From Chiloscyllium plagiosum (lineage: Eukaryota), in the NCBI RefSeq assembly GCF_004010195.1, contig NW_025215354.1, forward strand, positions 56,777 to 118,754: a DNA stretch of 61,978 nucleotides. Reading direction: 5' to 3'. Below are positions 1 to 11,004 of this stretch, piece by piece (positions within the stretch are counted from its first letter, which is position 1; each line of letters opens with the position of its first letter). The notes beneath the pieces were generated by a model, which ran no database searches, was not told the DNA's origin, and was given only the letters and a program-made list of their open reading frames with translations. The position numbers and the translations under genes are program-made.

Positions 1-232
1 GCCTCATCTTCCTCCTCGGAACACTTCAACCTCAGGGCATCAATGTGGACTTCAACAGTTTCCTCATTTCCGCTTCCCCCACCTCACCCTAGTTCTAAAC
101 TTGCAGCTCAGCACTGTCCCCATGACTTGTCCGGACTTGTCCTACCTGCCTATCTCCTTTTCCACCTATCCACTCCACCCTCTCCTCCCTGACCTATCAC
201 CTTCATCCCCTCCCCCACTCACCCATTGTACT
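1..232 (+). mobile_element. Penelope-like element 3' fragment (GIY-YIG C-terminus plus C-rich 3' region)
   Basis: Frame reads LIFLLGTLQPQGINVDFNSFLIS, typical of the end of Penelope GIY-YIG ORFs, followed by a pyrimidine-rich tail. Confidence 0.6.
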
Positions 233-1106
233 CTGTTCTCCCCTGTGTCTGGTATGCGTTTACTCCCATAATCCAAAGATGCGCAGGTCAGGTGAATTGG
301 CTGTGCGATATTGTTCAGGGATTGTAAGTTAGGTGCATTAGTCAGGGGTAAATGTCGGGGAATGGGTCAGGGTGGACTTTTGGGCCAAAGGGCCTGTTTC
401 CACAAGGTAGGGATTCGATGAGCAGCAGAGATGCGTTTAAGATATTTCCCCTGAGTGGAGAACCTAGAGCCATTTAAGAATGAAGGGACTGCGGACATGA
501 GGAGAATTTTTTTTAAATCTGAAGGTGATGATCATTTGGAATTTTCTACCACAGGGAGATGTGGAGGCTCAGTCTTTGAGGAAGTTTCAGACAGGCTGAT
601 AGATTTCTGATGACCAGTGCGTAAAGGGTTGTGGGTAAAAGTGTTCGATCAGCTATGGCCATATTGAATGGTGGACCAGGCGTGATGACCCACTCCTGTT
701 TGTACGTTTCCCTAAATAAAGGGTTTGGAGGGATATGGGCCGGGTGCCGGCAGATGGGACTAGGTTGGGTTGGGACATCTGGTCGGCATGGACAGGTTGG
801 ACCGAAGGGTCTGTTCCGTGTTGTACATCTCTATGACTCTATGACTCTGTGGGTGCCAAAAAAATGGTCTGCATTTTTAAGAAGCATATACCAGCACCAA
901 GTTCTCCCAGATTGGTTTTAGTACATTGAGGAAAACAGCAGCAATCTGAGGGATATGTACCAATCAGGGAAGCCATTGGCCTATTCATCTCATCCCTGTT
1001 ATCTCTTTTCCCAATGTCTCTCTAACACCTTTCTGTCCTGGTCATTCATGAGATGTGGGCATCACTGGTTGGGCCAATATTCATTGTCCATCTTTAATCA
1101 GACTGG

Positions 1107-1421
1107 TTAGAGTCATAGAGACGTACAGCACGGAAACAGACCCTCCAGTCCAACCCGTCCAAGCTGACCAGATATCCTAAATTAATCTCGTCCCATTTGC
1201 CAGCATTTAGTCCATATCCCTCAAAACCCTTCCTATTCACATACGAATCCAAATGCCTCATAAATGTTGCAATTGTACCAGCCTCCACCACATCCTCTGG
1301 CAGATCATTCCATACACGTACCACCCTCTGTGTGAAAAAGTTGCCCCTTAGGTCCCTTTTATATCTTTCCCCTCTCACCCTTAACCTATGCCCTCTAGTT
1401 TTGGACTCCCCCACCCCAAGG
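1107..1421 (-). mobile_element. CR1-clade LINE (HER1-like) 3' end
   Basis: RGHRLRVRGERYKRDLRGNFFTQRVVRVWNDLPEDVVEA C-terminus and ctatgact tail repeat. Confidence 0.85.
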
Positions 1422-1424
1422 AAA

Positions 1425-3150
1425 GTATCCTTTGATGTTTGGAATGTTTTTCCCACCAGAGCATTGGGTGAGGGATGGTACAGAATTGTCTTTATATATC
1501 AGATACCATTTGACTTTCGGAAATTCTCAAATTGCCTGCTGGCAAACAATAGCCCATCATCTGTGACCAACACTTCTGGGAGACCGTGTACTGCAAAAGA
1601 TGCGCGCAGTATTTCTGTTGTCATCTCCATGTTTGATGAATGAATCCTATGCACGTCCAACCACTTTGAATGGGTGTTCACCATTGAGCCAATGAAAGGT
1701 CCTGCATAGTCGATGTGTAACTCAGTCCAGGTGTGGGGGAGCGGCTGGCGGTAATTTTTGTCCTGGTTGGCACTCTGGGCACTCCCCCATCAGCACGCCT
1801 ATGTCTGCGTCCACACCTGGCCACCAGACATAACATCTCACCAACATATTCATCTTGGAAACCCCTAGATGACCCAGCTGGAGTTTAGCCAGTATCTGGC
1901 TGTGACCTTTGCTTGGGGACAATCATTCTTCCTCCCCAAAATAATACACCCATCCTGTGCTGTGATCTGGTCTCTCCGAGTCAGAGAAGGTTTCAACTCG
2001 GGTTGCGAGCCCCCTTTGGTATCCCCCATCACCACCAGCTGTTTCAGTTTGGTCAGGACCAGATCTTTCTGCAGCCCACAATCTGATATTGTCAGCTACG
2101 ACTGGTAGTGTGTCCAGAAACTGTAGAACCATTACAGACTCTTCCAGTGGGTGGTGTACCTGTCAGCAGGTGACAACTCAATGCATCCACATTTGTTACT
2201 TGACCTCCTGGATGGTGTTCCAATTTGTAATTAAGAGCTCTTAGAATTAGAACCCACCACTGAATTCAGCCTGAAGCTAAGGACAGCACTGCCTTGTCCT
2301 ATTTGAGTAGACCCAGCTGAGGTTTGTGGCTTGTTATTATAACAAATTTACCCAATAAAAGTATTGGTGAAATATCCTGACTCCAAAAATGACTGCCAAA
2401 CCTCCCTTCTCTATCGGGGCGTATTTACACTCTGCATCAGCCAATGTCCTGGGTGTATATGCTATTGGGCATTCCTCTCTATTGGGCCACCAACTACCCC
2501 AATGCCATACAGGGAGGCAACGCATGTCAATACCAGATCTTACTTGGAATCATAGTGTGCCCACACCTTACAGGATGATAAGCTGTGTCTTCACTTCCCT
2601 GAAAGACAAGGCCTGGCTACGCAACCTTTTCCAAGGCTGCCCCTGTTTTTTTCGGAGTTGATGCAAAGGTGCCAGGATGGAGGCCAGGTTATGTATGAAC
2701 TTTCCGTAATAGTTCCCAAGGAAAGACCGAGGTTTCGGTACACATGTGGGAGCTGGGGCACCTTTGATCACCCTCATTGTATCTTCCACCAGGTGTAACC
2801 CAGTCTTGTTGATTTTGTAGCCCAAGTAGGGGGGGGTTTGGAATATACATTTTCTGCTTCTAAGGTGCGTGTGAGACCCATCTAAAGACTGTGGCCAACT
2901 TCTCTGAGTGCTCCTTATTGATCTTGCCTGTTATTAGCACACCATCTAGATAAATAGTGGCCTGGGACAGACCTTGTAAAATGTTTTCCATCATCTGCTG
3001 AAGAACTGCACAGGCTGATGAGACCCCAAAAGCTCTCTCTCACATAATGATACAAACCCTTATGGGTATGAATTGCAGCACATTTTATGGAATCCTCACC
3101 TAACCACATCTGCAGTTAACACATGGCTCATGTCCAGCTTGTGTGAAGGA
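1425..3150 (-). mobile_element. Decayed Ty3/Gypsy LTR-retrotransposon pol (RT-RNaseH-integrase)
   Basis: Minus-strand fragments in Gypsy order: RT (HTHKGLYHY.., FLGNYYGKFIHNLASILAPLHQL), RNaseH (PIAY..RTLADAECKYAPIEKGGLAVIFGV), H2C2 finger (GHLGVSKM..VWWPG..CPEC), integrase core (HGLPEVLVTD). Many frameshifts. Confidence 0.88.
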
Positions 3151-3337
3151 CAGCGATCCCCACCCCACCCCACCCCTCAGGTTTGAGTACAGGGTGTTAG
3201 AGATTAAGCATTTATTCCAATCACCAATTCATCGCCACCAAGACATTTCAAGGATAATTAGGGGCGGGCAATAGATGCTGACCCAGCCAGTGACACCCAC
3301 ATCTCATGAGTGAATGAAGAAAAATAGGCTTGCTCTG

Positions 3338-4194
3338 TGTCGCTGGGTCACACTCCTGAAGCTTCCATCCTAACAGCATTGTGGGTTTACCTCCACTAAC
3401 GGACTCAGTCAGGCAGCTCACCACTACTTTCTCCAGGCCTGTGTCTGTGATCAGATCTCCAGTTGGCAACTGTCACATGTGCCAGCAGCTGGTTTTGGCG
3501 GGACTAGCAGAGGGGCAGAGAGGGCATTACACATGCGTCCACCCTCACACCCAAAGGGGATCACTTTGTGACAGCAAAAGGAGAAATGTCAGAATATTTA
3601 CTGAGTACCCTTTCTTCATCTGTTTCTTCCAGGCGGACATGTTTTCAGGAGCCATATTTATTCGAGAGGCGCTGGGATTGAACTTGTATGTTGCCGTGGT
3701 GATCCTGCTTTCCATCACTGCACTGTATACTGTGACGGGTAAGAGCACGCATCAGGAGAGCTCGGCTCTGTCAATCCTGACTTCTCCGCAGTCAGCGAGG
3801 ACGATTAAAGGTTAATCCACACCAGAGTCAGGAGGAATGGGGGGTTGGGGGAGGTGTGGCAGGGGTGGGGAGAAGTGGAGATGCTTGTTGGTGGTGCTGA
3901 TCCTGTAACCACTGGCAACCCGATGTGAATATGAAGCAGATTGAAGGTGCAGGGGCTGTGGGAGGCAGACAGATGCAATCTTGCACATGGCGTGACACGA
4001 GGCGTTCGGCCGAGATGGAGCACAGATTCATCGTAATGACATTTACCCATTGAGGGGAGGTGGGCCAACATTTCTGACCCATCCCTAATAGCCCTGGAGA
4101 AAGTAGTGGTGAGCTGCCTGACTGAGTCCGTGTTAGTGGAGGTAAACCCACAATGCTGTGAGGTTGGAAGCTTCAGGAGTGTGACCCAGCGACA
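3338..4194. repeat. Inverted repeat pair (3338-3437 and 4093-4194) flanking exon 6
   Basis: ~100-bp arms differing by 2 substitutions and one 2-bp indel. Confidence 0.9.
3633..3738 (+). CDS. slc5a1: Sodium/glucose cotransporter 1, coding exon (human exon 6 equivalent, 106 nt)
   Basis: ttcttccAG|GCG...ACGG|GTaaga; encodes [35 protein letters not shown](G), SLC5/SGLT transmembrane segment; phase 0 in, phase 1 out. Confidence 0.93.
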
Positions 4195-5175
4195 GTGAAG
4201 GAACAGCGACATGTTTCCAGGTCAGGATGGTGAGTGGCTTACGGGGGAACTTGCAAATGGTGGCATTTCCATGTATGTCTTGCCCTTGGGCTTTGAGATG
4301 GTACTGGTTGGTTGTATGTTATAGTTGGCGGGTGTTACAGTTGGTACGTGTTATATTGGATAGTGTTCATTTAAGAGGTGGGTCAAATGACATGAGTGAG
4401 TCATTAGCCAGGTTCGTGGGCTTGTCCAGACTCTTACAGAGTACACGGTTTCAGAATAAAACATTCCTGTTGAGTTCCAGCAAACAATGAGTTTGTCTGT
4501 TCTTTAATTCTGACTGGAGCCAAGTAATTGCGCAGTCCAGAATAGTTGTGCGTTAGGAAGGTGCTCGCTGAAGAGAGTTGATGAATTTCTACAATGTCTC
4601 TTATTGATGGTGAACTCTGCTACTGCTCAGTGTTGGTGGTGGAGGGACTGGATGCCTGTAGATGTGGTGCCAATCAAGCAGGCTGCTCTGTCCTGGATGG
4701 TTTGGCGCTCCTTTGCTGGACATTAGGGTAGGAGTACCCACCCCGTCTTTCGTCAACTCACGTGTCTCCGTCTCCATGGGGGTCAGGTTCAAATGAGCGG
4801 CTTGTCTCCTTCGATCTTCACACTTTGCTTATTATTGGGGCTTCCCTTTACTCCACCAGCAGGAGGGGAAGGGAACGTGAGGAATCCCTTCCTGCTGACC
4901 CTAGCCCCTGGGATCAGTTTCCATGTACCGCTGTTCTCCCCAGCTCACCGGATGGCATGAGGAAGGTGGATATGGGGAAGCAGATACCTGTAACTGCAAT
5001 GCAGCTAGAAACCCATGGTGAGGCGACAGTGGGTGATTCGCTGACCATCTGATGCCTCCAAAATGTCCATGGATCGCACATCAGACTGACTGCTCGGGGA
5101 CTGAGGAGATTATTAATTTCTCTCTCTCTCTAATGAGAGAGCAGCCCCTATGGTCTGGTAAGATGATGGCGACTT

Positions 5176-5490
5176 GGGTGGTATGGTGGCTCAGGGGTTA
5201 GCCCTGCTGCCTCACACCGGCAGGGTCCTAGGTTCGATCCCAGCCTCGGGCGACTGTCTGTTTGGAGTTTGTACATTCTCCCCGTGTCTGTGTGGGTTTG
5301 CTCTGGTTTCCTCCCACAGTCCAAGGATGTGCAGGTCAGGTGAATTGGCCAGGCTAAATTGCCCAGAGTGATAGGTTTATTAGTCAGGGGTAAATGTGAG
5401 GGAATGGGTCTGGGGGCTGCTCTTCGGAGAGTCGGTGGAGACTTGTTGGGCTGAAGGGCCTGTTTCCGTACTGCAGAGAATGTAACCTAA
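5176..5490 (+). mobile_element. HE1-type tRNA-derived V-SINE
   Basis: A box (tggctcagggg), B box (ggttcgatcc), V-domain (ttctccccgtgtctg...tttcctcccacagtccaa), HER1-like tail. Confidence 0.85.
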
Positions 5491-6189
5491 TATGTGTATG
5501 CATGTATCTGTGAGTATGTGCAAAACAGCACGTGTGCATGATTCTATCTATGGGTGTGCGGTATCTGTGACAGTGGTTTTCAATGGTTCTGTGTATGTAT
5601 GTGCATTCTGTAGGGGAAGCAGTTTTAGTTTCAACACAATTAAGTTCCAAAGGGTGAATTCCACACATTTGTTGCAATATTAACTCCCCTGTGTAACAGA
5701 GAGGAATGTTGGCACTGTTGCTGGAGCCCAGTGTGTGTGAAATAGCAGGGAGTTATTCGGTTACTTATGGAAACAGTAATCATGGGCTAACTAAACTTAA
5801 AATGATGCCAATACTATCAAGCTCCAGACAATTCCATCCTGTTCCCCTTGAGTGTAAATGTCAGAGCTTCAGGCGAATGCTGCAATGAGCTGTCATGACT
5901 CAGCGTCAGCAGGGCAACTTCATTCCAAATTCCATTCCTCCCACCCTATATCAGATTAACTGGTATTAACAACAACAACATGCATTTAATAACACTTTCA
6001 GTCCAGCAAAGGCATTTCACAAGAATATCATCAGGCAGAATAACGAGATACTGAGGGAGATACCTGGACAGGTGATCAAAGACATCGGTTAGTGGGGCAG
6101 ATTGGAAGGGAATCTTGAAAGCGTTAGGGGCTGTTTACAGAGGGAATTCCAGAGCTTGGGAGCTGGATGGTGAAGGACTGGTTCAGTAA

Positions 6190-6614
6190 AGACTTACAAA
6201 GATGTTGCCCAGGTTGGAGGATTTGAGCGAGAGGGAGAGGCTGAACAGGCTGGGGCTAATTTCCCTGGAGTGTCGGAGGCTGAGGGGTGACCTTATAGAG
6301 GTTTATAAAGTCATGAGGGGCATGGATAGGGTAAATAGACAAAGTCTTTTCCCTGGGGTGGGGGAGTTCAGAACTAAGAGAGCATAGGTTGAGGGTGGTG
6401 CGTGTATGGAATGAGTTGCCAGAGGAAGTGGTGGAGGCTGATACAATTGCAACATTTGAAAGGCATCTGGATGGGTATGTGAATAGGAAGGGTTTAGAGG
6501 GATATGGGCCAAGTGCTGGCAAATGGGATTAGATTAGGTTAGGATATCTGGTCGGCATGGACAAGTTGGACTGAAGGGTTTGTTTCCGTGCTGTATGTCT
6601 CTATGATTCTATGA
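6190..6614 (+). mobile_element. CR1/HER1 LINE 3' fragment
   Basis: ERLNRLGLISLECRRLRGDLIEVYK motif and ctatgatt tail. Confidence 0.85.
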
Positions 6615-7136
6615 CTGGCAGCCAATGTATTGATGGGAAGGAAGTCAGACGAGAGGTGATACAATATACATTGGCACCATCAGTTAGGACCAGGGCTGGG
6701 AAATCAGGCTCGGTTCCTCCTTCAGTTTGTAACTCGGTCCACCCTCTTTGAAAGCACTCATGCATAAATAGGCAAAGACGTGAACTAAATCTCACCCTCG
6801 TTTTATACTCTGACCTGCTGGATACGCCCCCTGTTTTGTTCACATTCAATGAATAACATTGGTGGTGTGACGTGAGTCCACGTTGCAGCCAGTGAGTGCT
6901 CCAATAACTAGGGAAGGTGTCGTGGTATGGTTAATAAGGTACCTGCCTCTGGGACTGTGATCTGGATTCAAGTCTCACACCATAGCAGAGAGATCGACAC
7001 GACAGGATAAAGGCCCTGTGGCCCATCATATCTGTACTGGTCAAACACAACCGCCTAACTATTCCAATCCCATTTTCCAGCACTTGGCTTATTGTCTTCT
7101 ATGCCTTGGCATTGCAAATGTATATCTAGATACTTT

Positions 7137-7446
7137 TAGATTAGATTATTTACAGTGTGGAAACAGGCCCTTCGGCCCAATAAGTCCACACCGACCCGCA
7201 ACCCACCCAGACCCATTCCCCTACATTTACCCCTTCGCCTAACACTGTGGGCAATTTAGCATGGCCAATTCACCTGACCTGCACATCTTTGGATTGTGGG
7301 AGGAAACCAGAGCACCCGGAGGAAACCCACACAGACACAGGGAAAATGTGCAAACTCCACACAGACAGTCACCTGAGGTGGGAATTGAACCCGGATCTTT
7401 GGTGGTGTGAGGCAGCAGTGCTAACCACTGTGCCATCGTACCACCC
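7137..7446 (-). mobile_element. HE1-type SINE
   Basis: Full head-body-tail on the minus strand ending in (aatct)n. Confidence 0.85.
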
Positions 7447-7744
7447 ACTTACACACATTGAAAAAAATGCTTAAAACGTTATGAGGGTTTCTGCCTCCAA
7501 AACCCTTGTAGGAGTGGCTTCCACATCCCACCATTCTCTGGGAGAAAAGAACTTCCTCACATCTCCTCAACCTCTTGACCCTTACTTTAAATCCATACCT
7601 CCGGTCAATAATTCCTCCATCAAGAGGTTTCCGCCCATCTATCCTGCCTTTATCCCTTACAGTTTTACACATCTCAATCACATCCCTTCTCAATCTCCTC
7701 TGCTCAAAGGAAAACAACCCCGGTCTGTCCAATCACTTTTCATC

Positions 7745-8672
7745 AGGTGGAATAAGGTGAGGGTGCTTGCAGCACAGTTTGGTACCTGGGATTTCGATGT
7801 TGCGGCCATTTCGGAGACATGGATAGAGCAGGGACAGAAATGGTTGCTGCAGATTCCAGGATTGAGATGTTTCAGTAAGAACAGAGAAGATGGTAAAAGA
7901 GGGGGAGGTGTGGCATTGTTAGAGAAGAACAGTATGATGGTGGCAGAAAAGATGTTTGAGGATTCGTCTACTGAGGTAAGTTTGGGCTGAGGTTAGCAAC
8001 AGGATAGGAGAGGTCACCCTGTTGGGAGTTTTCCATAGGCCTCCAAATAGTTCCAGAGATGTCGAGGAAAGGATAGCAGAGATGATTCTGGATAGGAGTG
8101 AGAGACACAGGGTAGCTGTTACGGGAGGCTTTAACTTTCCAAATATTGACTGGAAATACTATAGTTTGAGCACTTCAGAAGGGTAAATTTTTTGTCAATT
8201 TGTGCTTCTGTTAGGATGAAATGTGAAGGCTCAGTTAGAGCGCTTGAGAGATACAGGTTAGCCAGGAAGGACCTAAAGAGAGAGTTAAGGAGAGCCAGGA
8301 GGGGACATGAGAAGTCGTTAGCAGATAGGATCAAGGAAAACCCTTTCTATAGGTATATCAGGAATAAAGGAATGGCTCAAGAAAGATTAGGGCCAATCAA
8401 AGCTGTGCGTGGAGTCAGAGGAGATAGGGGAAGTGCTAAATATTTTTCATTCACACTGGAAAAAGACAATGTTATCGAGGAGAATACTGAGATCCAGGCT
8501 ACTAGAGACAGGATTGAGGTTCATAAGGAGGAGGGGTTAGCAATTCTGGAAAGGGTGAAAATAGATAAGTCCCCTGGGCCGGATGGGATTTGTCCTGGGA
8601 TTCTCTGGGAAGCCAGGGGGAGATTGCAGAGCCTTTGGCTTTAATCTTTGTGTCGTCATTGTCTACAGGAAT
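7745..8672 (+). mobile_element. CR1 LINE ORF2 fragment (APE endonuclease/linker, internally deleted)
   Basis: DVAAISETW, KRGGGVALL, KSPGPDGI motifs. Confidence 0.8.
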
Positions 8673-10068
8673 AGCCTGTAGTGTTCAGGGGTATACAGAC
8701 TAGGTGGATTATCCACAGGAAATGCAGGGTACCTTAGGTAAGGGGATGGGTCTGGGTGCAATGCTGTTTGGACGGTCATTGGGGACTAAATAGGGTGAGC
8801 GGAGGATTCTATTAACTCTATGCCTCAACTAATAAAGGCAAGTATCCAATATGGCTTCTTAACCACTTTTTTCCTCTTGCCCTGATACCTTGAGGATTCA
8901 GTGAGGCATGCACACCAACATCCCTCTGATCCTCAGTACTTCCCGTTCATCATGTATTCCCTTGTTTGTCCTGCCGATGTGCATCACCTCACATTTATCT
9001 GGATTGAAAACTGAACACCCGGGCTCAGTCTTGAGGCCAGTGCCTTCGCCCTTGGAGCTCTGATGTTTAAGGTCTTGATGTTCAAGGGGGAGTTGCATGT
9101 GTCCAAATGGGTTTAGCATTAACCTGCAGACCCTTCTGGTATCCGCTGCTACAAGCTACAGAGCTTCGTTTCCAGCCAAAAGGGTGTGGTAGCTGGAGAC
9201 AAACAGCTTGCCCCATGTTAAAAACCCCAGGTTCACTGTGAGGAACAGTCAGAGAGTACCGAACTCCCAGCCAACAGTGCTCAGGATGAGTGACAGGTTA
9301 ATTTGTCCTTGGTGCATTTGATCACAGCAGCCTTGTTGTTCTGTCGGGTTGAAACGATTTTGAACACAATGCCTGCATTCAGACCAAGCAGCAATCGATC
9401 TCTCACACACTGGCTCCCTCGCTCAGTTTGTTCACCTATTAATGCAAAGCTGTTGGATATGGGACTGAAAGGGTTAATTCCTGACTGAGTGTTCTACCCA
9501 ATGTGCTGACGTCGCAAGGACTTAGGGCAGAGTAAGGTAGGTGGTAGATAGATCAACACCGACCTCCCAACACTCTTTGTAGTAATCTGGAACCTATTCT
9601 TATAACCTGTGGTTACTTGGAGAGATGCAATTCTCATTAAAACACACACATTTGGCCACGTAAACAATCCACACGATTGAAAGATACAAAAGATATGACT
9701 GATTTGGAAACATTTTCGAACACTGTGGGAGTGTCGGTTTCAATACGAGCACAGTGACACTCGAGAAGCTTGACATCATCCAGGACAAACCAGCTCCTTG
9801 ATTGACACCACATCCTCAAGCACCCACTCCCTTCCCCACCGATGCTCAGTAGCAGCAGTGTGTACTGTCCACAAGGCACACTGCAGAAATTCACTAAAGA
9901 TCCTCAGACAGCACCTTCCAAACCCACGACCGCTACCAGCTGGAAAGACAAGGGCAGCAGATACAGGGGAATACCACCCGCTGCAAGTTCCCCTCCAAGC
10001 CACTCACCACCCTGACTTGGACATATTCTGCTATTCCTTCACTGTCGGTAGAACAGTGTCCTGGAATT

Positions 10069-10235
10069 GAAAGATGTGTTGCTGGAAAAGCGCAGCAGGT
10101 CAGGCAGCATCAAAGGAGCAGGAGAATCGACGTTTCGGGCATAAGCCCTTCTTCAGGCGATTCTCCTGCTCCTTGGATGCTGCCTGACCTGCTGCGCTTT
10201 TCCAGCAACACATCTTTCAGCTCTCACTTTCCCCT
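10069..10235. mobile_element. Short fold-back Penelope-derived insertion with 14-bp TSD
   Basis: 61-bp inverted arms (10069-10129/10158-10218, one mismatch); TSD agtgtcctggaatt at 10055-10068 and 10236-10249; sequence matches the 3' end of the Penelope element at 52680-52810. Confidence 0.8.
10125..10157 (-). ncRNA. Minimal hammerhead ribozyme motif (Penelope type)
   Basis: C-CUGAAGA-A-GGGC uuau GCCC-GAA-ACGU-C-GAUU: conserved core, helix II, palindromic ACGU in place of helix III. Confidence 0.65.
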
Positions 10236-11004
10236 AGTGTCCTGGAATTCCCTCCCTCACAGCACTCGAACTGCGGTGGGTCAAGCAGGCAGCTTTTTCT
10301 CATGGGCAACAAGGGACGAGTAATGAATGCTGACCCAGCCACATCCCATAAAAAGCAAGTCCGACCTCAATGATTTCCCTGTTGTTTCACTCCTGCTTCT
10401 TCCCTGTTTACAAGAGATACAGCTCCAGTTTGAGTGTGAGTCCCTGTGGCTCCTCACAGTACCTTGTTCTTTGTGTACAACTTTGCACCATCACTCATGG
10501 CGTTCCTTGTAGCTTTTGCTGAGCGCCAACCCCCCCCCTCCCCCCCAACCCCCCCCCCCCCCCCCCTTCTGTGATCTTCGAGTGTCAAACCACTGAGAGA
10601 TCCAACAGCCCTTCACAGGACGAGATGGGGGGGAGGGGGGGTGGGGGGGGGTGGAGGGAGTTGTTGAAAGTGAGGCACCTCCCTTTGAAGCGATGGCTGA
10701 GTCTTATCCATTTCCTGAGAGATTCTCCCACTGCTGTTACTAACTGCGAAGGTTTTCAGGGTCTTTAAGCATCAGCCTTAATTCATAAAGGGACAACTCT
10801 CTGAGCAACCAGAGGCAAATAAAGATGCTCCCTCTTCCGAATGAAATGTCAATTAGTATTCAATCACAGAAACCTGACCGTTAAACCCAGCTTATCCTCA
10901 TGTTAAAACCATAAGATGGAGGAACAGAAATAGGCCGTTCAGCCCATCAAGTCTGTGCTGCCATTCAGTGAGATCCAATGATTCCTTAGATCCCATGGGC
11001 TCTG

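Noticed and set aside
4316..4550. LTR-like insert with AATAAA inside an old LINE fragment
   Set aside because: Could not define TG...CA ends or a TSD.
6626..6880. Possible short LTR (TGTATT...ATAACA) followed by a PBS-like tggtgg
   Set aside because: No TSD, partner LTR or internal sequence to support it.
6915..6985. tRNA-like sequence, and SINE heads generally
   Set aside because: A/B-box-like motifs without a complete cloverleaf; these are SINE heads, not tRNA genes.
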